Shown here piece after piece: positions 1 to 9,563 of a stretch of 64,000 nt of DNA; position 1 is the first letter of the stretch; the number at the start of each line of letters is the position of its first letter. Under the pieces are notes generated by a model. It made no database searches. It was given only the letters and a program-made list of their open reading frames with translations, and was not told where the DNA came from. The DNA is from Acidimicrobiales bacterium (lineage in GTDB: Bacteria; Actinomycetota; Acidimicrobiia; Acidimicrobiales; SZUA-35), in contig CBDCGK010000004.1 of the NCBI GenBank assembly GCA_965216675.1, positions 3,150,061 to 3,214,060 of the forward strand, read 5' to 3'. The position numbers and the translations under genes were made by a program.

Positions 1-68
1 GGTCGGCGTGCTGTCGAATTCGCGGACGAAGCTGAAGGCCTGCCGGGTCATGCCTCCATGATTGCGGT

Positions 69-227
69 TCAGTTGATCACCTCGATCAATTCGGCGCGGA
101 ATCGACGACTTGCCGGCGGGCCGGTCATCAGCGGTCGCAGGATCTCGCTGGAGCGGGTGAAGGCGTCCGACGCAAGACAGGCGTAGAAGGACGCCTCATC
201 GACCCACTCGTGAAGCACGGTGATCAC
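69..227 (-). pseudogene. possible remnant of an ABM (antibiotic-biosynthesis-monooxygenase-like) domain gene
   Basis: My own minus-strand translation reads ...TDPGSHRLGVRRVQPVITVLHEWVDEASFYACLASDAFTRSSEILRPLMTGPPASRRFRAELIEVIN*. The HEW-DEASF...S-AF pattern resembles the C-terminal half of ABM domains. An in-frame stop near 311 removes the expected N-terminal half, and the only start is GTG at 227. Confidence 0.2.
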
Positions 228-324
228 AGGCTGGACGCGACGGACCCCGAGTCGATGTGACCCGGGGTCCGTCTGGAGGAGCCCAATGCGGGCTCTCCCT
301 CTTGTGGGAGATCAGGCTGTGCGG

Positions 325-3300
325 CTAACAGACCTCGCCGTTGTTGTAGGCGTCGAGGAGAGCGGCGATCTCCAGTGCCAGTTGGCGGTCAGGGGACTTG
401 GACTTCGGTCCCAGGTACTGGCCGTCGCCCTCGAACCCGATCGAGGCGAGCAGTTCGTTGGCGTCGGCGATCGCCTGCGTCACCTCCGGGCAGACACTGG
501 CACCGGCGGCCACGTTGGCCTGGGCGGCGATGAGGTGGCTGGCCAGGTTGTAGGCGGCGTCGCTGGCCCGCTTGCGGTTGCGCTTGCCGTCCAGATCCCG
601 GCGATCGAGCAGCAGCCGACCGGTCTTGCAGTCGACGATCTCGAAGTCGCCGACCACCATCGGCAACACATCGTCGAGCAGGTAGAAGCCGGCGTCGGCC
701 CCACCGTTCCGTTCGGCGGTCCGGGCCTGGTTGCCGGGGCTACAGGTGGTCCAGTTCTTCCAGTAGCCCGGCGTCCGCTGGTCGCCACCGGGAGGCGGCA
801 CGTTGTCGACCCCGATCCCCAGGGTCTGACCCGGTTCGACGACGATGTCGACACACCAGGTGTCGTTGGAGGCGTTGGGGTCGGCGGCGTTCGGGTCGTA
901 GGGCGTGACCACCACGCCGTCGACCGTCCACTCGGTCGACCAACCGGCCGGCACGCCGGTCTCGCAAACGGTGTAGGTCTCACCGGCGATGAGCTTGGCC
1001 CCACCGAAGTCGAGCAGTGCCGGGGGTGTGGTGTCGGTGGTGCTGACCTCGGGACCGTCGAGTGTGAAGGTCCACTCGACCGTTGTCTCCTCCACCCCGT
1101 TGTTCAGCTTCAACAGCTCGACCATGCCCCGCTGGGTGTTGGTGAACACACAGGTCACGGTCTCACCGGCGGCGAGGTCGATGGCGTCGGGGTCGTTGCC
1201 GCCGTCACAGGTGGCGTCGGTGAGGTCCCAGCCGTCGATGTCGGCCTCGGACACCGAGTAGGTGCCGGGGTCGAGGTCGCCCGAGTCGTTGGTCTGCCCG
1301 TCGGACAGGTCGAAGTCGGCGCCCCACGACGGTGAGAACGTGAACACCTCCGTCGATCCGTCCGGGTCGGTCTGTTTCTCGACGACGATGTTGGCGTCGG
1401 CCTCGTTGACGAAGGTACAGATCACCGTCTCACCGGGGTTCAGGTCGATGGCTGCCGGGTTGCTTCCGTCGTCGCAGGTGGCCGACTTCAGCTCCCAGCC
1501 GTCGGGCACGGTCTCGGCGACCGAGTACGTTCCCCACGCGAGGAACCCGGAGTTGTTGGATTCCCCGTCGGCGAGCTGGAAGTCGGGCAAATAGTCGGTG
1601 CTGAAGGTGAAGGCCTCGAGGGAGCCGACCGGGTCGGTCTCCTTCTCGACGATGATCGTGCCCAACTGCTGGTTGGAGAAGGTGCAGGTCACGGTTTCAC
1701 CGGCGCCCAGTTCGATGGCCGACGCCGGGCTGCCGTCACTGCAGAGGGCGGTGACGAGCTCCCAGCCGTCGGGTACGTTCTCGGTGACCGAGTAGGTCCC
1801 GGGGTCGAGCGGGCCGGAGTCGTTCGAGTCGCCGTCGGCGAGTTGGAAGTCATCGCCGTAGTCCGACGAGAAGGTGAACAGCACCGGCGAGTCGCCGGGG
1901 TCGGTTTCCTTGATGATGACGATGTTGCCGCTCTGACGGTTGGTGAAGACGCAGTTGATGGTCTCCCCGGCCGTCAGGGTGAGGTCCGCTGGATCCTGGT
2001 CGTCGGTGCACTCGACGGACTCGAGGCTCCAACCGTCGGGCACGGTCTCGGAGACCGAGTAGTCGCCGGGGTCGAGGTCGCCGGAGTCCTCCTGCTGGCC
2101 GTCGGTGAGGGAGAAGCCGTCGATGTCCCAGCTGGCGGTGAAGTCGAACGCCACCGGTGAGCCGTCGGGGTCGGTCTGTTTCTCGACCACGATGTTGGCG
2201 TCGGCCTGATTGACGAACGTGCAGGTGACGACCTCACCGGCGGCCAGGTTGATGGCAGCCGGGTTGCTGCCGTCGTCGCAGGTGGCGGACTCCAGGTCCC
2301 AGCCGTCGGGCACGGTCTCGGTGACCGAGTAGAGGCCCGGGTCGAGTTCGCCCGAGTTGTTCGAACCGCCGTTGCCGAGCTCGAAGGAGGAGCCCCACGA
2401 CGGGGTGAAGGTGAACTCGTCGGTGGCGTCTGCCGGATCGGTGATCTTCTGGACGATGATGCCCGAGTCGGCCTCGTTGTAGAACGTGCAGGTCACGACG
2501 TCACCGGCCACAAGCTCGATCGACGACGGGTCGTCGCCGTTGTCACACTCGGCACCGGTCTGCTCCCAGCCGGCGGGGACGGTCTCGGAGACCGAGTAGG
2601 TGTCGGGCGGAAGGTCGCCGGAGTCGTTGGTGCCGTCGTCGGCGAGCTGGAAGCCGGGGCCGTAGTCGGTGCTGAAGTCGAACAGCTGGGCCGATCCGTC
2701 GGGGTCGGTCTGCTTCTCGACGATGATCTTCGAGTCCTGCTGGTTGAAGAAGGTGCAGGTGACCGTCTCCCCGGCCAGCAGGCCGATCGACGACGGGTCG
2801 TCGCCGTTGTCGCAGGTGGCGGATTCGAGCTCCCAGCCGGCGGGCACGTTCTCCGACACCGAGTAGGTGCCCGGGCCGATGTCACCGGAGTCGTCGCTGT
2901 CGCCGTTGCCGAGGGAGAACCCGGCGGAGTAGTTGGTGGTGAAGTCGAACTCGTCGGTGGCGTCGGCCGGATCGGTTTCCTTGACGACAATGATGTTGGC
3001 GTCGGCCTGGTTGAAGAACGTGCAGGTGACGATCTCGCCGGCTGACAGCTCGATCGCGTCCGGTTCGCTGCCGTCGCTGCAGACGACATCGGTCTGCTCC
3101 CAGCCGGCGGGGACGGTCTCGGAGACCGAGTAGGTGTCGGGCGGAAGGTCGCCGGAGTCGTTGGTGCCGTCGTCGGCGAGCTGGAAGCCGGGGCCGTAGT
3201 CGGTGCTGAAGTCGAACAGCTGGGCCGATCCGTCGGGGTCGGTCTGCTTCTCGACGATGATCTTCGAGTCCTTCTGGTTCACGAAGGTGCAGGTGACGGT

Positions 3301-4848
3301 CTCGCCGGCCTGCAGGCTGATGGCCGACGGATCACTGAGATCGTCGCAAGTGGCGGAGTCGAGGTCCCAGCCGTCGGGGACGGTCTCGGAGACCGAGTAG
3401 GTGCCGGGGTCGAGGTCGCCGGAGTCGTCGCTGTCGCCGTTGCCGAGGGAGAACCCGGCGGAGTAGTTGGTGGTGAAGTCGAACTCGTCGGTGGCGTCGG
3501 CCGGATCGGTTTCCTTGATCACGATGATGTTGGCGTCGGCCTGATTGATGAACGTGCAGGTGACGGTTTCGCCGGGGTCTAGATCGATGGTGGCGGGGTT
3601 GCTGCCGTCGTCGCAGGTGGCGTCGGTGAGGTCCCAGCCGTCGGGCACGATCTCGGCGACCGAGTAAGTGCCGGGAGGCAGCGGATCGGACGTGTTCGTG
3701 TCGCCGTTGCCGAGCTCGAAGTCGTCGCCCCAGCTCCGGTTGAAGGTGAAGCGGTCGGTCGAGGTGGCGGGATCGGTCTCCTTCTCGATGACGATGATGC
3801 CGGCCTGGGTGTTGTTGAACGTGCAGGTGACGGTCTCACCGGCCTGCAGGCTGATTGCCTCGACAGGGCTGCCGTCGTCGCACTCAGCCGACGACAGGGC
3901 CCAGCCGTCGGGCACGCTCTCGGAGACCTCGTAGGTGCCGGGGTCGATGTCGCCTGAGTCGTTGGACTGGCCGTCGGAAAGCTGGAAGCTGCCTGCGCCG
4001 TAGTCGGCGGTGAAGTCGAAGACCTGGGTCGAGCCGTCGGGGTCGGTCTCTTTCCGGATGATGATGTTCGAGTCGGCCTCGTTGACGAAGGTGCAGGTGA
4101 TGGTCTCGGCGATCTGGAGATCGATGGCGTCAATCGGGCTGCCGTCGTCGCAGGTGGCCGAGGTCAGATCCCAGCCGTCGGGTACGATCTCGGCCACCGA
4201 GTAGACACCGTCGTCGAGGCGTCCGCTGAGTTCGGTCTCACCGTCGGCAAGCGTGAAGCCGTCGGCGTCCCAGCTGGCGGTGAAGTCGAATTCGCCGTCC
4301 GATGGGGAGGGGTTGGTGACCTTCGCAATGATTATCTCGCCGGTGGTGACGGCGCAGAAACCGAAGTGGGTGACGTTCTGACCGTTCCCGCCGGTGACAT
4401 TGAGATCGGCGGTTGTTGTCGGTAGTGGTTCTTCGCCGAAGTCATAGCCGTTGAGGTCATTGCCGCCCAGGAAGGCGAACACGGCCTCGAACTGCAGCAG
4501 CTCCGGACTTCCGTCCTCGGTGATCGACACCACCCGGATGTCGTAGTCGTCGGCGGCCGAGGTCGACTCGATCCAGGTCAGCGTGTAGCCGGCCTCGGTC
4601 TTGGTAAGTGCTCCCTGGGAGTTGGTGGTGGCCGAACCCGTGGAGAACACGATGCCGGTCGTGCCGGGGTACTCCTCGTCGCAATAGGCCTGGATGGCCC
4701 CGTCATTCGGCTGCAGGTTCGGTGGCGGAATGATATTGGGGTCGGTGGCGGCCAGGGCGATACCGGCCATGGCGAGAATCGTCACCACGACCAGAGTCAC
4801 AAAGGTCACGGGCCGCAACGACCGAGTCTGTCGGGCGGATGTCATCAC
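325..4848 (-). CDS. large secreted/cell-surface tandem-repeat protein (SpaA/Cna-B/prealbumin-like beta-sandwich repeats), adhesin-like
   Basis: 1507-aa ORF with GGAGGG 9 nt upstream of the ATG. The N-terminal hydrophobic signal/anchor is LRPVTFVTLVVVTILAMAGIALAA. About 12 tandem ~88-aa repeats have the pattern GTYSVSEtVPDGW-L-SatCDDGS-P--I-L-aGETVTCTF-N...IIv-KeTDP, followed by one divergent repeat and a ~240-aa non-repeat C-terminal domain (TPGYWKNW...). No LPXTG motif. Confidence 0.8.
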   Translation of the reverse strand: MMTSARQTRSLRPVTFVTLVVVTILAMAGIALAATDPNIIPPPNLQPNDGAIQAYCDEEYPGTTGIVFSTGSATTNSQGALTKTEAGYTLTWIESTSAADDYDIRVVSITEDGSPELLQFEAVFAFLGGNDLNGYDFGEEPLPTTTADLNVTGGNGQNVTHFGFCAVTTGEIIIAKVTNPSPSDGEFDFTASWDADGFTLADGETELSGRLDDGVYSVAEIVPDGWDLTSATCDDGSPIDAIDLQIAETITCTFVNEADSNIIIRKETDPDGSTQVFDFTADYGAGSFQLSDGQSNDSGDIDPGTYEVSESVPDGWALSSAECDDGSPVEAISLQAGETVTCTFNNTQAGIIVIEKETDPATSTDRFTFNRSWGDDFELGNGDTNTSDPLPPGTYSVAEIVPDGWDLTDATCDDGSNPATIDLDPGETVTCTFINQADANIIVIKETDPADATDEFDFTTNYSAGFSLGNGDSDDSGDLDPGTYSVSETVPDGWDLDSATCDDLSDPSAISLQAGETVTCTFVNQKDSKIIVEKQTDPDGSAQLFDFSTDYGPGFQLADDGTNDSGDLPPDTYSVSETVPAGWEQTDVVCSDGSEPDAIELSAGEIVTCTFFNQADANIIVVKETDPADATDEFDFTTNYSAGFSLGNGDSDDSGDIGPGTYSVSENVPAGWELESATCDNGDDPSSIGLLAGETVTCTFFNQQDSKIIVEKQTDPDGSAQLFDFSTDYGPGFQLADDGTNDSGDLPPDTYSVSETVPAGWEQTGAECDNGDDPSSIELVAGDVVTCTFYNEADSGIIVQKITDPADATDEFTFTPSWGSSFELGNGGSNNSGELDPGLYSVTETVPDGWDLESATCDDGSNPAAINLAAGEVVTCTFVNQADANIVVEKQTDPDGSPVAFDFTASWDIDGFSLTDGQQEDSGDLDPGDYSVSETVPDGWSLESVECTDDQDPADLTLTAGETINCVFTNRQSGNIVIIKETDPGDSPVLFTFSSDYGDDFQLADGDSNDSGPLDPGTYSVTENVPDGWELVTALCSDGSPASAIELGAGETVTCTFSNQQLGTIIVEKETDPVGSLEAFTFSTDYLPDFQLADGESNNSGFLAWGTYSVAETVPDGWELKSATCDDGSNPAAIDLNPGETVICTFVNEADANIVVEKQTDPDGSTEVFTFSPSWGADFDLSDGQTNDSGDLDPGTYSVSEADIDGWDLTDATCDGGNDPDAIDLAAGETVTCVFTNTQRGMVELLKLNNGVEETTVEWTFTLDGPEVSTTDTTPPALLDFGGAKLIAGETYTVCETGVPAGWSTEWTVDGVVVTPYDPNAADPNASNDTWCVDIVVEPGQTLGIGVDNVPPPGGDQRTPGYWKNWTTCSPGNQARTAERNGGADAGFYLLDDVLPMVVGDFEIVDCKTGRLLLDRRDLDGKRNRKRASDAAYNLASHLIAAQANVAAGASVCPEVTQAIADANELLASIGFEGDGQYLGPKSKSPDRQLALEIAALLDAYNNGEVC
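2557..3545. repeat. intragenic tandem duplication with 534-nt register (two-repeat unit) inside the adhesin gene
   Basis: 2557-2745 is nearly identical to 3091-3279, and 2886-3010 to 3420-3545. The segments in between are clearly diverged. Confidence 0.85.
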
Positions 4849-5155
4849 TGAGGTCCCTCCTAGCGGGAGTGGGGCGGCGGGCGCGCCGGATCGGCGGTCG
4901 GCGACCGACGTTTGTCACTGCTTCGACGCGGACACCGGGCGAGTGCCGGTCGGGCGGCGTCGGCCTCCGGAACAGCAATCAATCGGTATCACCGTAGGAG
5001 AGTTGAGGCGGGTCGCCCGCTCCCCTCGTTGTCAGGCCCAGCACGGCGGATTGAGGATTGAGCTGGGCGCGACCGACGTTAGCCCTCACCGTCGAGTCCG
5101 ACAAGGGATTGGGTAGTTTGGATCAGTGCGTTCGTCGGTCGATCGCGCTAGTTGT

Positions 5156-5437
5156 TCAGGCCGTCTCGGCGTCGGGCGCCGCCGCGACAGGCTCGTCCTC
5201 CCAAACCTCAGCCGCCCCGCGGCGGGCGACGGTCCGGGCCACACCGGCCCCGACGCCCGAGACAATGGCCCAGGCCACGGCCTCGGTCCACGTCGATCGT
5301 CGGTCGGCCGGGTTGACCGGCGCGTCGCTCGGTCCGGGCCACAACGAAGCGAGGACTCGGCGGATCGCCATGGCGGCACCGGCGGCGACGAGACCGGCCG
5401 CCACTGACTGCAGTGTTGACGTTCGGTTTGAAGACAT
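5156..5437 (-). CDS. DUF4235-like small membrane protein
   Basis: 93 aa with the pattern AAGLVAAGAAMAIRRVL...W...TWTEAVAWAIVSGVGAGVARTVARRGAAEVW, typical of DUF4235. Lies 65 nt downstream of the patatin gene on the same strand. Confidence 0.5.
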   Translation of the reverse strand: MSSNRTSTLQSVAAGLVAAGAAMAIRRVLASLWPGPSDAPVNPADRRSTWTEAVAWAIVSGVGAGVARTVARRGAAEVWEDEPVAAAPDAETA

Positions 5438-5502
5438 TGATGTGAAGCCTTGCTCGTTGGGTCCGGTCGGCTGGGCCGCCTGTTGGTCAATCGGTCAGTC
5501 GG

Positions 5503-6921
5503 TCAGTCGGATAGGGGGTTGAGGCTCAGATCGGGTCCGGCGGCGGCGACCAGGATCCGCCCGATACGCCCGGCCAGGCGAAGTAGATGGGCGCGCCCGG
5601 TGAGATCGACGCCTGACAACCCGTCGTTGTCGAGGTTGGCCTCGCCCTTCCCGCTCAGCTCGTGTCGTTCCAGCCGGTCGCTGATCGCTCTGATGTCATC
5701 GGGGGCGATGCCGTGGCGTTGAAGCCCGCCGGGAATCCACGCCCGGGTCGACTCCCAGCCGAGGGCAAAGTCGCTCCGGCGGATCTCCTCACTGAGGAAG
5801 CCGCCGAAGGCGCCGATGAAATCGCCCGCCAAGAGGTCCGACACACCCTCGTCCCGCTCTCTCGAAAGCTCGAGCGGCGAGATCAATTCGACGTCGATCT
5901 GCTCCTTGTCGGCGACCCCGGCCAGGTGTTGGAGCAATAGCCGCACCTTGGCTTCGAGGTCGTCCGACGAGACAGCGGCCGTCGAATCGACCTCCGCGAT
6001 CAGTCGGTCGAGCGGATCGTGGACGTCGGTCGGCAAATGGGCAGTGAGCTCCTCGGCCACGGCTTCGATCATCTGCAGCCGCCTGTTCATCGAGGCCACT
6101 CCGCGCAGATCGTCCTGTAGAGCCTGGGTGGGGAGGATCGACAGCGACCGCCGGGCCCCGGCCAGCCACGACAGATCGACGTCGGGATCGTGCCAGGTCT
6201 CCGAGCCGGATGGCCCGGACGAGCGGGGATCGATCACGAGGTGCATCCGGGTTCCCTCGGCGGCGCCGGCTTGCCGGCGACCGAGTTGGACGACCCGGCC
6301 GATCGGTTCGGACTCGACGAGCCCGCCGTCGGTGTACCAGAGCGCGCCGGACTCGGGGAAGTTGGTGATGCCGTTGTCGAGGTAGCGTTGCCGGTCCTCG
6401 GACCGGTCGATCATGACCGGCGCGAACGCCCCCGGGTGCGACGCCGAGGCCAGCACGAAGTCGAGCGGAGCGCGCCCCTCGGGCTCGAAGAGCTGATCGA
6501 GGCCTCCACCCGGCTCGAGCACGAACTGGGCCCAATCGACGTAGGTGATGCCCTCGGCCTCGCTGTGGGCCGTCTCCACCGGATAGGTGAGACCGAGCAG
6601 GTTCGTCAGTCCGACGTGCACCGCGATCTGTTCCCCGGGAACGTCCTCGTCGGCTTCGTGATCGGCCAGGAAACCGCGGAACTCGCGGCGGAACTCGGTG
6701 AACCCGAGAGGTGAATCGGTGCGGTCGGCCCGGAGGGTGTCGACGTCGACCTCGTCGATCCACGCCCGGGGCAGGACCTCGGCGGGATCGAGTCCTTCGA
6801 CCATGCAGAAGGCGAACAGCATGGCCACGATCGATCCGGCCGACGCTCCGCCGACCGCGTCGATGTGCACCTCGTGGCCACGATCCCTCAGCTCCCGGAT
6901 CATCTCGCTGATGGCGCACAT
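5503..6921 (-). CDS. patatin-like phospholipase family protein (true 5' end probably upstream, up to ~7032)
   Basis: GxSxG nucleophile elbow in VGGASAGSIVAMLF. The same frame upstream of the listed ATG encodes ...ALRLTFTLPGSASLGAFQAGAM, the expected patatin beta1/oxyanion-loop region. The C-terminal ~300 aa carry no motif I recognise. Confidence 0.7.
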   Translation of the reverse strand: MCAISEMIRELRDRGHEVHIDAVGGASAGSIVAMLFAFCMVEGLDPAEVLPRAWIDEVDVDTLRADRTDSPLGFTEFRREFRGFLADHEADEDVPGEQIAVHVGLTNLLGLTYPVETAHSEAEGITYVDWAQFVLEPGGGLDQLFEPEGRAPLDFVLASASHPGAFAPVMIDRSEDRQRYLDNGITNFPESGALWYTDGGLVESEPIGRVVQLGRRQAGAAEGTRMHLVIDPRSSGPSGSETWHDPDVDLSWLAGARRSLSILPTQALQDDLRGVASMNRRLQMIEAVAEELTAHLPTDVHDPLDRLIAEVDSTAAVSSDDLEAKVRLLLQHLAGVADKEQIDVELISPLELSRERDEGVSDLLAGDFIGAFGGFLSEEIRRSDFALGWESTRAWIPGGLQRHGIAPDDIRAISDRLERHELSGKGEANLDNDGLSGVDLTGRAHLLRLAGRIGRILVAAAGPDLSLNPLSD

Positions 6922-7107
6922 CGCGCCGGCCTGAAAGGCCCCGAGCGACGCCGAACCGGGAAGCGTGAAGGTCAGGCGCAGCGCGTTGGTCGATGCGCTG
7001 TCATCGGATTCGTTGAAGAGGTTCCCACTGATGACCGTGGTGTGCCCGTCCCGGCCGGCCGCTAAACGTCGGCCGGCCGTTGTGGACCCCGCGCTATGGA
7101 CCCGGCG

Positions 7108-8316
7108 TTATGGAAGCGACACGTAGCCGTGTTTGGCCTTCCACAGGAAGTACTTCTCGAAGGCGATCTTCATCGCGTGGGCCTGCGGGCCGGGGATCAT
7201 GACGCTGTGTTTGCGGGGCGGGAGCATCTTGTCGGCCAGGATGATGACACCGTTGTTTCCGGCGTCCATCACGCAGACCGCCCCGATGTCGCCGAAGGTC
7301 TTGTGGGCGCTCGGCTCCTCGCCCCGGATCTGGGAGGCGATGTTCTTGGCCGCCACGTGGGCCTGCTGCTCGGTCGGGAACCCGGTCTTCGGGATGCCGA
7401 CCGGGTTGGCGGTGTGCCACGGCACCTCCACCGCGGCGGCGATACCGACGGCGTAGACGTTGTCGTGGGGCTCACTCTGATAGGTGTCACGCACTGGCAC
7501 GTAGCCTTTGTCGTCACTGATGTCGCTGGCTTTGCGGACCACGTCCTGGCCGACGAACGGCGGGATGATCATGGCATAGCCGAAGTCGAGGTTGCGGCCG
7601 TCGGCCAGCGCCACCCGACCATCGTCGACGTAGTCGATGCCGGTGTCGAGCACGGCCGAGATCTTCTCCTTCTTGAGGAACATCTCGAGCAGCGTCTCAC
7701 CGTGTTTGAGGCCGCCGATGCCGAAGTGGCCGAGTTCCGGCTCCGGTGACACGTAGGTCATCGGCACCCGCTTCTTGATGCCGTTGCGCCGGAGCTGGTG
7801 GCTGACGTTGAACAGGAACTCGTAGGCGGCGCCGAAACAACCGGCGCCCTGGGTGGCCCCGATCACGATCGGCCCGGGGTTCTCGAGGAACCGCTTCCAG
7901 CCTTCGCCGGCCTTGATCGCCTCCTCGAGGGTGGTGATGTTATAGGCGTTGCCCTCGGGTCCCAGGCCGGGGACGACATCGTGGTTGTTCTGGTACCCGG
8001 TGGCGATGACGAGGTAGTCGTAGTCGTAGGTGCCCTCGGGGGTCATGACCTGCTGGCGGTCGAGCAGGAGCTCGGTGGCCGGTGCGTGCACGAAGTCGAC
8101 GTCGTGGTTCTCGAACGTCGGGGCCACATCGAAGGTGATGTCGTCCGGGGTCCGTTTCCCGAACGGCAGCCAGATCAGCGAGGGGTTGAACAGGAATTGG
8201 TCCGATGGGGAGATGACGGTGACGTCAACGTCGCCGTCCAACTCGTTCTTCACCGAGATCGCGGCGGTCAGACCGCCGAAGTTGCTCCCGAGGACCACGA
8301 CCTTTTGACGGGACAT
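7108..8316 (-). CDS. FAD-dependent pyridine nucleotide-disulfide oxidoreductase, sulfide:quinone oxidoreductase-like
   Basis: MSRQKVVVLGSNFGGLTAA Rossmann GxGxxG motif at the N-terminus. GGAG lies 8 nt upstream of the ATG at 8316; the longer ORF start at 8382 is unlikely. Length (~402 aa) and conserved Cys contexts (GAGCFGAAYEF, GAVCVMDAG) fit SQR/NDH-2-like enzymes. Confidence 0.6.
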   Translation of the reverse strand: MSRQKVVVLGSNFGGLTAAISVKNELDGDVDVTVISPSDQFLFNPSLIWLPFGKRTPDDITFDVAPTFENHDVDFVHAPATELLLDRQQVMTPEGTYDYDYLVIATGYQNNHDVVPGLGPEGNAYNITTLEEAIKAGEGWKRFLENPGPIVIGATQGAGCFGAAYEFLFNVSHQLRRNGIKKRVPMTYVSPEPELGHFGIGGLKHGETLLEMFLKKEKISAVLDTGIDYVDDGRVALADGRNLDFGYAMIIPPFVGQDVVRKASDISDDKGYVPVRDTYQSEPHDNVYAVGIAAAVEVPWHTANPVGIPKTGFPTEQQAHVAAKNIASQIRGEEPSAHKTFGDIGAVCVMDAGNNGVIILADKMLPPRKHSVMIPGPQAHAMKIAFEKYFLWKAKHGYVSLP

Positions 8317-8415
8317 GACAGCGCTCCATTCTCTGGTTCTGCCGTCATTGTCGGTCGCGGGCCCCAAACCTTGTAGGGCCAAAGGACTCTCCGCCGGGAG
8401 CCGCCGGTCGAGCCG

Positions 8416-9510
8416 CTACAGCTCGACGACCTGCCCGGTGCGGATCGACTCATCGGCGGCCAATACGATCCGCATGCTGTTGATGACGTCGTTGAGGTGC
8501 CGATCGATGTCGTCCGTCTCGCCACTGTCCACATCGTCGATGGCCCCGGCGAACCACTCCTGCTCCCGACGGCAGAGGTCGTCGTGGGTCGGCTCGTCGT
8601 CGAAACGGATGATGTCGTCGGCCCGGCTCAACCTGCCGTCGGTGTCGAGATCGGCGTGGTGGTGGCGGATGGCATTGGTGACGGTGTGGTTGTCGACATC
8701 AGCCGACGCGGCCCCTCCCTCCTCCAGCCCCGAGTCGATCGAGACCGCACCCCTGGGTCCGACGACGTCCTTCACGAAGAACGCCGTCTCGCTCATCATC
8801 GGCCCCCAGCCCACCTCATACCAGCCGACCGAGCCGTCGGCGTAGCCCACCTGAAGCTGCCCGTAGTTGAACCGGCCGGGGGGAAGGTCGTCGGCGAGGC
8901 GGGCGGCGATGGCGTGGACCCGCACCGGTTCGGCCTCGGTCATCTGGTTCATGACGTCGACGTAATGCACCCCGCAGTCGACGATCGGCGACGTCGAGGC
9001 CATGATCGACTGGTGGGTGGCCCAGGCCTCGCCGTCACTCTGCTGGTTGAGGTTCATCCTCATCACCAGCGGCTTGCCCAGGGTGCGGGCCCGGACCACG
9101 AACTCCGCCCACGACGGGTGATGACGCAGGATGTAGCCGACCACCAGCGCCCGCTGCCTGTCGGCCGCCAGCGCAACCAGCTCCTCGGCTTCGGTCAGCG
9201 TGGCGGCCAACGGCTTCTCCACGAACACGTGACACCCGGCTTCCAGCGCCGCTCGGGTGTAGGGCACGTGACTTTCGGTGAACGAGGCGATCCCCACGGC
9301 GTCCGGCTGGGTGGCGGCCAGTGCCTCGTCGAAGTCGCGGAAGTGGGCAACGCCGCCCAGGTCGGCGGCCAGGTGGGCCCCGGAGTCACCCCTGGTGACG
9401 ACTCCACACAGCTCGAAGGCCTCGAGCTCGTGGTAGGCCCGGCCGTGCGAGCGGCCCATGTTGCCCGCCCCCACCAGCAGAACCCGAATCGGCGCTTGTT
9501 TCTCGGTCAT
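8416..9510 (-). CDS. Gfo/Idh/MocA family oxidoreductase
   Basis: N-terminus is MTEKQAPIRVLLVGAGNMGRSHGRAY (NAD(P)-binding Rossmann fold). AGGAG lies 7 nt upstream of the ATG at 9510. The 400-aa version of the ORF would translate intergenic tandem repeats. Confidence 0.75.
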   Translation of the reverse strand: MTEKQAPIRVLLVGAGNMGRSHGRAYHELEAFELCGVVTRGDSGAHLAADLGGVAHFRDFDEALAATQPDAVGIASFTESHVPYTRAALEAGCHVFVEKPLAATLTEAEELVALAADRQRALVVGYILRHHPSWAEFVVRARTLGKPLVMRMNLNQQSDGEAWATHQSIMASTSPIVDCGVHYVDVMNQMTEAEPVRVHAIAARLADDLPPGRFNYGQLQVGYADGSVGWYEVGWGPMMSETAFFVKDVVGPRGAVSIDSGLEEGGAASADVDNHTVTNAIRHHHADLDTDGRLSRADDIIRFDDEPTHDDLCRREQEWFAGAIDDVDSGETDDIDRHLNDVINSMRIVLAADESIRTGQVVEL

Positions 9511-9563
9511 CGGTCGACTCCTGTCTTGTCCGGCGCGGATCGGCGTCGTGGCCCGATCATCAG

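Noticed and set aside
220-1335. A 371-aa plus-strand ORF, and many other long ORFs lying antisense to or overlapping the called genes: 16108..17349, 21826..23283, 25956..26870, 31804..33336, 42923..44098, 47455..49671 (738 aa), 52220..53659, 55244..56353, 58592..60109, 61568..62665.
   Set aside because: Their translations are Arg/Gly/Pro/His-rich and low-complexity, with no recognisable motifs. They mirror a well-supported gene on the other strand. Long spurious antisense ORFs are expected at ~70% GC because stop codons are rare.
325-4848. Highly periodic DNA repeats that could superficially suggest a CRISPR-like or satellite array.
   Set aside because: The period (~264 nt) equals one protein domain, the repeats are in-frame and coding, there are no short repeat-spacer units, and no cas genes are present.
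7108-7110. Stop-codon read-through that would fuse the SQR-like protein to the patatin-like protein (same frame, single TAA between them).
   Set aside because: No read-through context or precedent is known. The observation is more likely related to an unclear start or an indel in the patatin 5' end.
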